Below are positions 1 through 11,454 of a stretch of DNA of 64,000 nucleotides, piece by piece. The notes below the pieces were generated by a model. The model worked only from the letters and a program-made list of their open reading frames with translations, did no database searches and was not told the origin of the DNA. The position numbers were made by a program, and so were the translations under genes. Source of the DNA: Octopus bimaculoides (taxonomy: Eukaryota); assembly GCF_001194135.2 (NCBI RefSeq), contig NC_068982.1, forward strand, positions 32,941,423 to 33,005,422, in the 5' to 3' direction. Each line of letters opens with the position of its first letter. Position 1 is the first letter of the stretch.

Positions 1-41
<41 letters not shown>
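1..41. repeat. (ATAG)n microsatellite
   Basis: About 10 perfect ATAG units at the window start. Confidence 0.98.
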
Positions 42-101
42 CGCACATATATGTATATATTTATTAAGTTTGACCAAAGTTTTTAAGCACCAGATTGAAT
101 G

Positions 102-134
102 TATCAGGTCATCCCATAAGTTCTGTTCAATTTT
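102..134 (+). mobile_element. Solo mariner terminal inverted repeat
   Basis: TATCAGGTCATCCCATAAGTTCTGTTCAATTTT closely matches the reverse complement of the TIRs at 4270-4302 and 15746-15778. Confidence 0.8.
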
Positions 135-149
135 ACCTTTTTTTTTCAC

Positions 150-298
150 TCAGTGCTCAACTGGTACTTATTTTATCGACTTCGAATGGATGAAAGGCAA
201 AGTCGGCTTCAGCGGAATTTGAATTCAGTACGTAAAGATGGACGGAATGCCACTAAGCATTTTCCCGGAGGGCTAACAAATCTGACAGCTCACCGCCT
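150..298 (-). mobile_element. tRNA-derived SINE family 1, 3'-truncated
   Basis: Reverse complement of the head GGCGGTGAGCTG..GAATCGTTAGC and core CTTTCATCC..GTCGATAAAATAAGTACCAG seen in about 20 copies in this window. Confidence 0.85.
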
Positions 299-829
299 TA
301 TGTATGTAACTATTAACAAGGAAAATGGAGTGAGCAACACGTTTTGTTGCATAACACTACAAGTGTTTCAACGACATACATATTTAGTTTACAGACGGAA
401 ACATTACTAAGTAAATAATATAACAGACTGGATCGATTATCGATATATCATTGGTATTATTTTTTATCTTCATTCTCCACGAGAAATATGAGAAGTAAAT
501 TGATCCTCAATGGGACTGAAATCAGAATATAAAGGGACGTAATCCAATAGTGAACGGTACTTAGTTTGTTGCTCCCTTGTTTGTGCCATACACCACTTTC
601 TTAGAACCTGTAATAATGACTCACTACCATTGATTCAACCCATTATAAGCTTAACCAGCAAAATTTAACTTTGCGTCTCAGCGAGAAAAAACAAAATTAC
701 AATGTGAGCAGCTAATAGTTATGTGTGTGTCCGTAGTTCCTTGACCTGAATATATCACTTTCTGTAATTCTGTTTCTAAATGTTCTGAGTTAAAACTGGT
801 TAGTGAGACCATCTTTATTTCGTATATTT

Positions 830-1100
830 CTATATAGTGCAGTTGGGATTTGAAAGGGATTTAGCTGTCATTTCTAGTAGATAGAGCGATTACCTAGCCT
901 AGTTTATTGCTTAACCCCCAGTCAGCTTTCATGAAACATAACTATTTATGATCAAAGGTATTCCCGCCATGTTGATATTGTCTTGTTCGCATATCTAGGA
1001 CTTTATTATTTATGTGTACCCGTTTTTTTAAAGAAGTAGTGTGTGATTTGAGAAAGATTTGGTAGCTGTTTCTGGCAGATTGAGCGACCACATGCAAATA
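830..1100 (+). repeat. Old dispersed repeat (family 5), about two partial tandem units
   Basis: Recurring motif GATTT(A/G)GC(T)G..ATTTCTAG(C/T)AG..GAGCGA, also seen degraded near 16430-16600, 42100-42290, 50110-50300, 57590-57700 and 58600-58990. Confidence 0.5.
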
Positions 1101-2185
1101 CCGTAGTTCGCAGGGATGTAAACTGACAAATTTTAAGGAGCAGTATAAGACGAACGTATATTCTCGAATGAGAATAAAAATAAGGAAGAATTTCTGACCT
1201 TGCTTAACTATATTATGTGGGTGTAATATTTTTTAGCGTAACCTGTACCAGATGGTGATTGAGAAGGAAAAGTTAAGGAAGTCTAGCAGAGGTTATTGCA
1301 TATGAGCATGTCAAAGCAATAGGGGTAACGCAGAGAGTGAAGGGCTGATGACTCTTGCTGTGAATGAATGTAGAAAAAAAGAGAAAAATATATATCTAAA
1401 AGAAAATTGCAACAAAGCAAGCCATTTTATCAATTGATGGATAATTCGTATGAAAATATATTCAAGAAAAGTTAAAGAGTACTTTTAGTATGACATTGCT
1501 GATATTTATTTTGACGTCTAGAAAACTGCAGAAGATTCATCCTGAAAGTTACACTTAAAAGAAGGGTCGACCTGACCTCTTGTACTTAATTTTCTTGCTA
1601 ATGACTTCAAGCTAAGTGAAGCTACTCACATTTACTAAGCGCAAGATAATTTTGTTTAAGACTAGAGTAAATATAAAATGGGGTATAAAGTAGTAAACAG
1701 CCATACTAGTCCCAGCAGAAAGGAAATAGGTGCCTTGAATTCACAATTTTGTTTGTAAAAGAATATTTTTATTTCTCAGCAATTTTATTATTACAAGCGT
1801 GGGTGTATTTTGACACAATATTTTAGCATCTGTTCTAGGAGATTCCAAGTGAGACATACTCCAAGAATTATGACGAAAATATATAAAATCGGGGTGGTGT
1901 TTGTAACGTAATGTTAAAACTTGAACCCCCAACTGATAAGAGGGTACTTGGGAATCCACAAAATGAAATTTTCTTAAAGATTTTATTTCTTTTATTTTTT
2001 CTAGTTTTATTTATTCTTTCGGTGTTGTTTTTACATATAGTCTCATAAAGAGGCTTTATAGTTTGCAAAATAGAATTTTGAATAACTTCAAATTGGATTG
2101 TTATTTTAAAATAACGACAATAAAACAGAGAGTTAGCTGACGCTGAAGTAAATATGCAACATGCTAATATTTTTGTATCTTCTTA

Positions 2186-2302
2186 AGACGTCGAGCTGGC
2201 ATAATCGTTAGCACGCCGAGCGCAATTATTTGGCAGTTTGTCTTTCTTTACATTTTGATTTCAAATTCTGCCGAGGTTGACTTTGCCTTTCATCCTTTTG
2301 GA
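2186..2302 (+). mobile_element. SINE family 1, 5' half, cut by a foldback element
   Basis: GAGCTGGCATAATCGTTAGCACGCCG head and GAGGTTGACTTTGCCTTTCATCC core; ends at the inverted repeat. Confidence 0.8.
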
Positions 2303-2304
2303 TC

Positions 2305-2547
2305 CATATTATTGTGTCTGGGGAGAGTCATTCTTTTTTTAGAGTCTTATTATTTAACACACTCACCGGTTCGATTTCCAGTCATTTACTTCTTCATTTT
2401 CAACAGTCTTGCAAGTTGCAAGACTATTGAAAAGGTTGCAAGACACAACGAACATTTTAGAAAAAATAAATAAGTAAATGAGTGGAAATCGAACCGGTGA
2501 ATGTGTTAAATAAAGAGAATGACTCTCCTCGGATACAATAAAATATG
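2305..2547. mobile_element. Foldback/MITE-like element with about 90-bp inverted arms
   Basis: GAGAGTCATTC..TTTAACAC(A)TCACCGGTTCGATTTCCA.TCATTTACTT at left is mirrored at right; two overlapping antisense ORFs share YLTHSPVRFP. Confidence 0.8.
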
Positions 2548-3457
2548 CTTCAAAACACGAATTCACATAAAGAATCTTGCAAACCAAATACAAAAACGAA
2601 ACATATATATATATATATGTNNNNNNNNNNNNNNNNNNNNNNNNNNNNNNNNNNNNNNNNNNNNNNNNNNNNNNNNNNNNNNNNNNNNNNNNNNNNNNNN
2701 NNNNNNNNNNNNNNNNNNNNNNNNNNNNNNNNNNNNNNNNNNNNNNNNNNNNNNNNNNNNNNNNNNNNNNNNNNNNNNNNNNNNNNNNNNNNNNNNNNNN
2801 NNNNNNNNNNNNNNNNNNNNNNNNNNNNNNNNNNNNNNNNNNNNNNNNNNNNNNNNNNNNNNNNNNNNNNNNNNNNNNNNNNNNNNNNNNNNNNNNNNNN
2901 NNNNNNNNNNNNNNNNNNNNNNNNNNNNNNNNNNNNNNNNNNNNNNNNNNNNNNNNNNNNNNNNNNNNNNNNNNNNNNNNNNNNNNNNNNNNNNNNNNNN
3001 NNNNNNNNNNNNNNNNNNNNNNNNNNNNNNNNNNNNNNNNNNNNNNNNNNNNNNNNNNNNNNNNNNNNNNNNNNNNNNNNNNNNNNNNNNNNNNNNNNNN
3101 NNNNNNNNNNNNNNNNNNNNNNNNNNNNNNNNNNNNNNNNNNNNNNNNNNNNNNNNNNNNNNNNNNNNNNNNNNNNNNNNNNNNNNNNNNNNNNNNNNNN
3201 NNNNNNNNNNNNNNNNNNNNNNNNNNNNNNNNNNNNNNNNNNNNNNNNNNNNNNNNNNNNNNNNNNNNNNNNNNNNNNNNNNNNNNNNNNNNNNNNNNNN
3301 NNNNNNNNNNNNNNNNNNNNNNNNNNNNNNNNNNNNNNNNNNNNNNNNNNNNNNNNNNNNNNNNNNNNNNNNNNNNNNNNNNNNNNNNNNNNNNNNNNNN
3401 NNNNNNNNNNNNNNNNNNNNNNNNNNNNNNNNNNNNNNNNNNNNNNNNNNNNNNNNN

Positions 3458-4225
3458 GAATTGGCAATAAAGCTTAGTTCAAACCATACAACTGTTTATC
3501 GTCATCTTCAACAACTTGGAAAGGTTCCTAAGCTTGGAAAATGGGTGCCTCATGAATTGTCCGAAAGCAACCGCAAATCTCGAGTTGACATCTGCTCTTC
3601 TCTCCATTCTCACGAACTCATTAACCGTTTTTGGATAGACTTGTGACTGGTGACAAAAAATGGATCTTCTATCGAAATGTTAGACGTCATAAACAGTGGT
3701 TTGGTAAAAGGTAAAAAGCTCAACCACAACCGAAAAGGGAACTTCATGGGAAGAAGATTCTTCTCTCTATCTGATGGGATTGTAATGGAGTAATTCACTT
3801 TGAATTGTTACCACCTAATGCAACAATCAATGCTCAAGTCTACTGTCAGAATTTAGAGCGTTTGAACTAAGCTTTGAAGAAAACAAGAGCCGCTTTAATG
3901 AATCGAAAAAGAGTGATGTTTCATCAGGACAATGCGCGACCCTACTCTGCAAAGATCGCATCACAGAAGATCGAAGAGCTTGATTGGTAAAAAAATTCCT
4001 CATCCACCGTATTTTCCCGATCTTGCTCCTTCAGACTATCATTTGTTTCGTAGTTTACAGAATCATTTGGGGGGCATAACTTTCGCAAGCCAGGAGGAGG
4101 TCGAAACTGACATCTTAGAGTTCTTGGCTTTGAAACCAAAAGAGTTTTACATTGATGGGATTAAAAAGCTTGTAAATAGATGGTAGGAAGTCATAGATAA
4201 TCAGGGAAAGTACATTGATGATTAA
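3458..4225 (+). pseudogene. Mariner transposase pseudogene (stops and frameshifts)
   Basis: Motifs are spread over different frames with several in-frame stops; natural stop after YIDD at 4225. Confidence 0.92.
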
Positions 4226-4302
4226 ATTTCAATTAAATATAACATTTGATCACTTGTTTTCTTTATTCAAAATTCGGACAGAACTGATGGGATGACCTGA
4301 TA
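3458..4302 (+). mobile_element. Mariner (Tc1/mariner DD34D) transposon copy 1; left end lies in the gap
   Basis: Transposase motifs KWVPHEL, VTGDKKW, HQDNARP and PDLAPSDYHLF; right TIR CGGACAGAACTGATGGGATGACCTGA followed by TA at 4301-4302. Confidence 0.95.
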
Positions 4303-4571
4303 TTTGGTGACTTCATTTTCATATTATATTCAACAGAATTAAACCTTACCTTTTATTCAATCGGATTCGAGAAAGCAAATGCTAGTAATGTAATGAGGTG
4401 AAGTATACCACTTCATTATATTATACTTCACACCTATGCAACTCCAGAGATTGTCACAGAGGAGAACGCACTGTATCAGCTGGCGTTCCATATGTAGCTA
4501 TTTGTTTTCTGTCTGTTAATATTGTTAGGACAGTTATGAACACTCCAACATACTGTTTTCTGTTTCTTTAT

Positions 4572-4783
4572 GGCGGCGAGCTGGTGGAATCGTTACCTCG
4601 CCGGACAAAATACTGAGCGGCATTTCTTTCGGCTTTATATTCTGAGTTCAAATGCCACCAAGGTCGATTTTTATCTTTCATCCGTTCGGTGTCTATGAAA
4701 TAACTACAAGGTAAGTACTGGAGTCGTTGTAATCGACTGGCCCCTCACGGAATTTCATGCCTTGTGCCTATTGTAGAACCTAT
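4572..4783 (+). mobile_element. SINE family 1
   Basis: Head GGCGGCGAGCTGG, B-box-like GAGTTCAAAT, core, tail GCCTTGTGCCTATTGTAGAA. Confidence 0.85.
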
Positions 4784-5214
4784 CATTTTCTGTTTCGTTA
4801 AAATGTAAAGCATAAAACCTTGTCAAAAGAAATAAACATTTGTTGATATAAAGACCGTAAACTATACAATCATTAATTATATCTGACATTGCACCTGACA
4901 ATACTAAAATATATTTAACAATTATATACTACTCATTGATATTATACAAGGAAACGTTTAATATCTTCCAGTGCTATTTGGACAATACTCAGAAAAAGAG
5001 AGAATAATAGGTATTTTTGGAAATAATGATGTTTAAGAAGAGAAATATAACAATATATTTCTCCGAGCATTATTAAAAAAAAAAAAAGAAAATACAATTT
5101 CCGCAGAATTTTAAATAATCCAGACATATATACTAAATTCTTTATTCCTACAGCTGCGTTAATTCTAGGCTTATGTCAATCATAAAATTAGTGACCAGTA
5201 CATAAAAAAAAGCA

Positions 5215-5410
5215 GTAGTTGTTTGAATCGGTAGAGCGTCAGTCTTGCGGCATTTAGTAACTCCTCTTTCTGATTTTCAGCTTAGGTCCTGCCAAGGTCA
5301 GCATTACCTTCTATCCTTCTAGGGTCGATAAACTAAGTACTAATCAAAAACTGAAGTCGACATACTCAACTGTAATCTTTCCAAACTATTTGTAACCTAC
5401 TATTTGTACT
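5215..5410 (+). mobile_element. SINE family 1, old and degenerate
   Basis: Core CCTTCTATCCTTCTAGGGTCGATAAACTAAGTAC. Confidence 0.6.
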
Positions 5411-5619
5411 AGAAATCAATACACATAGAAAACAGACACAATCAAGCCGGTGAAATTTAGTTCTATCTATAAGAAATGTAACTAATTTATTCAACGTATT
5501 TTCGTTCAGTCATAACATTCGAACTCTGACTCAACTTCACGTTATTTTCATCATTCATTTTATTACTAGCGCTAGCTGCGTCTCCTCTTTCCTCTATATC
5601 TTACACTATACATTACATT

Positions 5620-5854
5620 CTTTTATTATACTTTCGCTTGTTTCAGTCATTTGACTGCGGCCATGCTGGAGCACTGCTTTTAGTCGAACAAATCGACCCT
5701 AGGACTTATTCTTTGTAAGCCTAGTACTTATTCTATCGGTCTCTATTGCCGAACTGGTAAGTTACGAGGAGGTAAATACACCCAATCAGTTTCAAGCGAT
5801 GGGGGGGGGGGNNNNNNNNNNNNNNNNNNNNNNNNNNNNNNNNNNNNNNNNNNN

Positions 5855-5886
<32 letters not shown>

Positions 5887-6045
5887 GATGGGCTTTCAGT
5901 TTCCGTCTACCAAATCCGCTCACAAGGCTTTGGTCGGCCCGAGGCTATATAGTAGAAGACATTTGCCCAAGGTGCCACATAGTGGAACAGTACTGGGAAC
6001 CATGTGGTTGAAAAGCAAGCTTCGTACTATGCAGCCACGCCTGTA
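5620..6045 (-). mobile_element. SINE family 2 (tRNA head, internal microsatellite, 3' body), full length
   Basis: Head/CTTGGGCAA..TCTTCTACTATAGCC..GGATTTGGTAGACGGAAACTG half and GAGACCGATAGAATAAGTACTAGGC..CCAGCATGGCCGCAGTC half, separated by (TA)n and a gap. Confidence 0.9.
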
Positions 6046-6433
6046 GGTTTTTATTTCAAAGTTTAGCTCATTGTGAATAATGAAGAAGCATTTACACTAT
6101 ACCTCGACATGCTAGAAATACCATCTGACTCCCAAATGTCCTAGAAAACCACAGGGTAATTCCAAAAATGAAATGGCTCAAGATAATATAGTACTTATTT
6201 TCGTGTATGTGAGTGTGTCTAAGTATGAAAGCATGTATATATATATATATATATATGTTTGGATGTATATATGTACACACACACATACACACATGAATAC
6301 ACACGCACGCGGATACATACGTACACGCACACATACATATTTTGAGAAAATTGTGGTATTCACGCTAATATCTTTGTTTCATGATGCTCTGTCGCATTTC
6401 GATTGACCCAGAATGAAAAACAACACAACAATC

Positions 6434-6645
6434 CTTTCTATTATAGGCACAAGGCCTGAAATTTGGAGAAGGGAGATAGTCGATTATATCGACCCCAGTA
6501 TTTCACTGGTACTTAATTTATCGACTCCGAAAGGATGAAAGGCAAAGTCAACTTCGGCGGAATTTGAACCCGGAACGTAGCGACGGGCGAAAAACAGTTA
6601 AGCATTTCGTCCAGCGTGCTAACGATTCTGTCAGCTCACCGCCTT
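6434..6645 (-). mobile_element. SINE family 1, full length
   Basis: Complete head, core and tail in reverse orientation. Confidence 0.92.
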
Positions 6646-7184
6646 AACAACAACAGCAGCAGCAGCAAAAATAATTACAACACTATTTTCACCAACCAAT
6701 GCATTTCATTTAAACAGTAAAATTCTAATTCTCAGCAACCATAAGTGGCACAACAATTTTATACTTCCTCCACAACATAAAATTCTTAAGTATTTTACAT
6801 TTTCATTATGCCATTTCACTTGAGATATCATGCACAAATTTGGTTATTCTTTAACATGATAAAGACACAGAAGATTCTCAATGACGGAATATTTTATTGC
6901 AAATATATTTTTTTATGTTATTCATACTCCAGATTCCATAATATACTAAGCGGGACATGAAGCTTATACATCACATCATACAGCTGCTGCAAAGCTGAGA
7001 AAAACACTAGTTCAGCTATTAGAAAGCGAATAGTGGATCGGTTTTACCCCAGGGGATTTTAACAAATGACACCGAGTTTTATTAAAACGTTGGCACGATT
7101 AATATGAAAGCTAATGTACTTTGAAAATGTATATTCATCTAACGAAACTTGGCACAGAACGATCATTATTTAAATATGTTTCTC

Positions 7185-7523
7185 GTGTACATGTATGTAT
7201 GTATGTATGTATGTATGTATGCATGTACACTTGCACATATATGAATTTATGCATATTTGTGTGATTACATTTATGTTTTGTAGGTCTTTGCTCTGCTTTT
7301 TTTTAGCGAATACGTTTGAAGCCATGCCGGATGCCGCCTTGATGTATGCATGTACGACGGGTTTACACAAGAATACACACATACACACACAAACATAAAT
7401 ACATACATAATATATACATGCATACATACATACATACATACATACATATACACACAGACATACATACACGCACATATACATATGTACATGCTTACATGCA
7501 TACATACATATATGCATGCATGC

Positions 7524-7554
<31 letters not shown>

Positions 7555-7575
7555 CATACATACACACATATATGG
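7185..7575. repeat. Compound (TATG)n/(TACA)n microsatellite
   Basis: Direct reading of the sequence. Confidence 0.95.
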
Positions 7576-8351
7576 CATGGTCTTGACTAGACTCGATATC
7601 AGTTTTACTGATAGTCGGTAGAATCATTAAAAATGTATTACTAATGCATATTGATATCGATAAATACATGAAATTTGGATAAATCTTCCTACATAGTGAA
7701 ATATTTTCTGAAATAAAATTCACAACACATTCGCAGTAAATATATCCGATTGCTGTGAGCAAATGTCGGATTTATTCACAACTGACAAATGTATCTAACT
7801 GTTGCGAACAGACCGTGTAAACTCACTTCTACTGTACGACTGCGATAAAAGCCCATAAAATGTGTTTTCGTTTCTCATATGAAATGGAATATCTGCCTGG
7901 TTTGCACATTACATACATGAACATAAAGGAAAATGATGAAAAGAAGTTAAGGAACTGGTCGTAATTTTCTTATGTGTATGCAAAAATTAGCTTTCAATTT
8001 TGTCAAATGTCAGCACACATCACAGCACTAATATGATAAAATAAAAACTCAAGCATTTCATTTTTTGTTTTGTTTTACTTTGCTTTTGTCTTTCTCATAC
8101 TTATGAATTCTTCTTAACATGTTAAATATGTAGACTTATATTTAACTTGGGAAAGATAATAAAATATATACAAAAAAGACAGCGGTATTTTTATTCAGTT
8201 CACAAGAACCAGAATAAGAATCAGAGATGTTAACGTAGAAAGTTGCTCTCAGTTAGGAATATTTTTGGCTGACGATGTCTATAAACATCCTATTTACTGC
8301 ATGTGCACAGAAGTCGCTTGAAAATTGACAAGTATTTCAGCATATACGGCA

Positions 8352-8702
8352 GTGGCAGATCTCCGTCGGTTGACGACGATGATACAGTTATTCGATCAAA
8401 TGGTTAACTTCTTCCTTGATTAATGTGTAAGTCGATGAGTATTCACAGACGCATCACGTTATGGGTACACGTGTGACACGTGTACGCTCACGGGTAGAGC
8501 TATCGTCATACATTTTGTGGCTAAGCTGTACCGTTTGAATTACAGGTAGAATCCATCCGACATTTTGCATCTACCCAGCTTCACTCACTAAGATTAATTC
8601 AAATCGAAGTTATAGAAAATGACACCTATCTGAGACCCTACGCAGTGGGATAGAATTTAGGACCTTGGAGCTGCAAAACCAACTCCTTAACCATTTGACT
8701 AC
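8352..8702 (-). mobile_element. Old SINE related to family 3
   Basis: Tail TGGCA..CTCCGTCGGTTGACGACGA matches the tails at 45091 and 61775; decayed tRNA-like head near 8650-8700. Confidence 0.65.
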
Positions 8703-8836
8703 AGTACTCCAATGGAGCATATTGTTATGAATTAATAATCTGAATATCCGCTGGCTTGCATATCTGTTTTTTTTTTGTTTTTTGTTTTTTCTTAAAGTAA
8801 GTTTGAGAAGAAAGATATTGATTTATAAATATACAG

Positions 8837-9055
8837 TAAGGTGTCAAGCTGGAGGAATCAGTAGCACGCCTGGCAAAATGCTCTGTGGCATTTTCGTCTG
8901 TCATTGCGTTCCGAGTTCAAATTCTGCCAAGGTCGACTTTACCTTTCATTCTTCCGGGGTCGATAAAATAAGTATCCGTTGAGTACTGGGGTCCATGTAA
9001 TCGACTTATCTCCTCCTCGAAATTGCTCGCCTTGTGCCAAATTTTGAAACTAATA
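8837..9055 (+). mobile_element. SINE family 1, full length
   Basis: Head, CCGAGTTCAAAT, core GGGGTCGATAAAATAAGTA, tail GCCTTGTGCCAAATTTTGAAAC. Confidence 0.9.
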
Positions 9056-9566
9056 TATGGATATACAGAGCAGTTCAGAGACAAAAATGACATTTAGTCG
9101 TATGAACATTGTTTAATCACAAATAAATCTGAAATATAATTTCCATTTCCTGACATTTGGAACTACTCAGCACCACCCAAAACAGATGATAGCCTAATCA
9201 TACCTTACTGGAATATTCTTTATAATTCCACCATGAAACAACAGAATTGAAAACAAAAATTAGTGAGTTTTGATGCCATACAAGAGGACCAGTAAAATTT
9301 GTTAAATATTTTTTAGGTTTGATGAGTTTTGATCTCTTATTTTCTTTTTGCTCAGCTCTGACGGCGTTTCAAACATTTTCTAACGTAAACAACTTAATGG
9401 AAATCTGAAAGATTCTGAGAAGTCGAGACTGGCATACAACAATAAACATTCTTTTGAGAAGGTTTATTTATTTTTCTTTACTAATTGTATGCTTTTGTTC
9501 GTTGGGATTGCGCAACAGTTAAATTAACAACTTCAAGCATTTCAATATTGCTTATGTGGTAGAACT

Positions 9567-9604
<38 letters not shown>

Positions 9605-10146
9605 TTGTCGATTTAAAATACATTATCTCATAGACAAAAATAAAGACTATAATCGGAGGAAACTAAAAGTCTGAGTCGCTAAAAACAGTTAATAAAATAC
9701 TTAGAATAAACTTGTGTGTCAGAAAGAGTGTACAGAGAGGAGTGTTGTGTTCTTGCGCCTCAAGCAAGAAAAACAAAATTCGAAAAAATGCTATTTTTTC
9801 GAAATATTGCTATTTTTTTCAATCGGCGTTGAAAACAAGTTGTGAAAGCATAGTACATGCTACNNNNNNNNNNNNNNNNNNNNNNNNNNNNNNNNNNNNN
9901 NNNNNNNNNNNNNNNNNNNNNNNNNNNNNNNNNNNNNNNNNNNNNNNNNNNNNNNNNNNNNNNNNNNNNNNNNNNNNNNNNNNNNNNNNNNNNNNNNNNN
10001 NNNNNNNNNNNNNNNNNNNNNNNNNNNNNNNNNNNNNNNNNNNNNNNNNNNNNNNNNNNNNNNNNNNNNNNNNNNNNNNNNNNNNNNNNNNNNNNNNNNN
10101 NNATATATATATATGCATACATATATATACATACGTACGTACGTAC

Positions 10147-10177
<31 letters not shown>

Positions 10178-10841
10178 TGTATGTATGTACAAATCGATCG
10201 TATTCATTTACTTATATATTTGTGTTCGTATGAAAGTTAAGAGATGAATACTGCATTGTCAACACATAATTCTAAATCATTTCTTTCGGTGTTAAGGTGG
10301 TTAACTCACAGCGGAAGTTCTCGAGAGATAAACCAAAAGAAGTTGCGCTCATAGTTTAAACTATAAAGGATATTAGCTTATAAAGAAAGTATAGAGAACC
10401 AGTTATCACCCCATAAACTTTGTATAAAAAAAGTTTTATAGATAAACAAATGCACATGTATAATTTGCAGTTATACTGATTCCTCTTACAGTTGTAAATC
10501 ATTTTGTAATAAATTCAAGACCAAATATTTGAGTGGAGAAAACAGACTATGAAATTGCTTCCAGTTCTTGAATGGAACTTAATTTTATCATCAATTGAAA
10601 GAAGAAAGGCAATATTGACGTCAGCCGAATTCAAAGGCAAAGAGTTGTAATTAAATGCTACAAACTGTTTGTCTTCCAATTCTACTAATTTAACACTGAA
10701 GGCATAGCCTTCTGATTTGCTCAAAGGCTAATCAGAAATTCGTCATTAATTTTCCATAGTTTATTCTAAATTCAGTTAAGTTACAAGAAACAGAAAAATA
10801 TTAGAAAAAAAAAGGAAGAGGTTAAACAAAGAAATAATATT

Positions 10842-11040
10842 TTTTACTATAGACACAAAGCCTGAAATGTTGAGGTAGGGAACTATCGATTACATTGACC
10901 CCAGTTCTCGATTGGTACTTATTTTATCCACTCCGAAATGATGAAAGGCAAAGTCGACTTCGGTAAAAATTGAGTTCAGAACGAAATGGAGCAAATCTTT
11001 GTGTTTGCTTGGTGTACTAGTGACTCTGCCAGCTCGCTGA
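10842..11040 (-). mobile_element. SINE family 1
   Basis: Reverse-oriented head, core and tail. Confidence 0.85.
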
Positions 11041-11074
11041 TTTAAACAAACCGTTGATAACAACTATTAAATGT

Positions 11075-11222
11075 CATTTACACTCTGAGTTCAAATTTCG
11101 CCGAGGTCAACTTTACCTTTCATTATTTCGGAGTCGATAAAATGAATACCAGTTAACACTGCGGTCGATATAATCGACTTACCTCCTCTCCACAAATGTC
11201 TCGATATTGTGCCTGTAATATA
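11075..11222 (+). mobile_element. SINE family 1, 5'-truncated
   Basis: B-box-like motif, core and tail present. Confidence 0.85.
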
Positions 11223-11224
11223 GG

Positions 11225-11430
11225 TAAGGCGGTGATCTTACGGAATCGTTACCGCTTTGTCCAACATGATAAGGGTATTTCTTGCGACTATACGCTCTGA
11301 GCTGAAATTCCGCCGAAGTCGACTTGGCCTTTCATCATATCAGAGTCGATAAAATAATGACAGAAGTCGTTGTGATCGACTGACTTCCCATCAAAATCTC
11401 TTGGCCTTGTGCTAGGATTTGAAGTAACTA
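11225..11430 (+). mobile_element. SINE family 1
   Basis: TAAGGCGGTGA head, core with an internal deletion, tail GGCCTTGTGC. Confidence 0.8.
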
Positions 11431-11454
11431 TTTGTAACACAGACAAAGTGGAGT

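Noticed and set aside
2519-3646. Long ORFs spanning N-runs (also 9712, 20234, 24503, 26387, 35160, 37034, 45819, 51236, 55521)
   Set aside because: They stay open only because N codons contain no stops; the real residues are microsatellite translations or mariner fragments.
7170-7762. MYVC/HTYI-rich ORFs (also 43397-43815, 52012-52413, 55611-56737)
   Set aside because: Translations of (TATG)n/(CA)n repeats, open in several frames on both strands.
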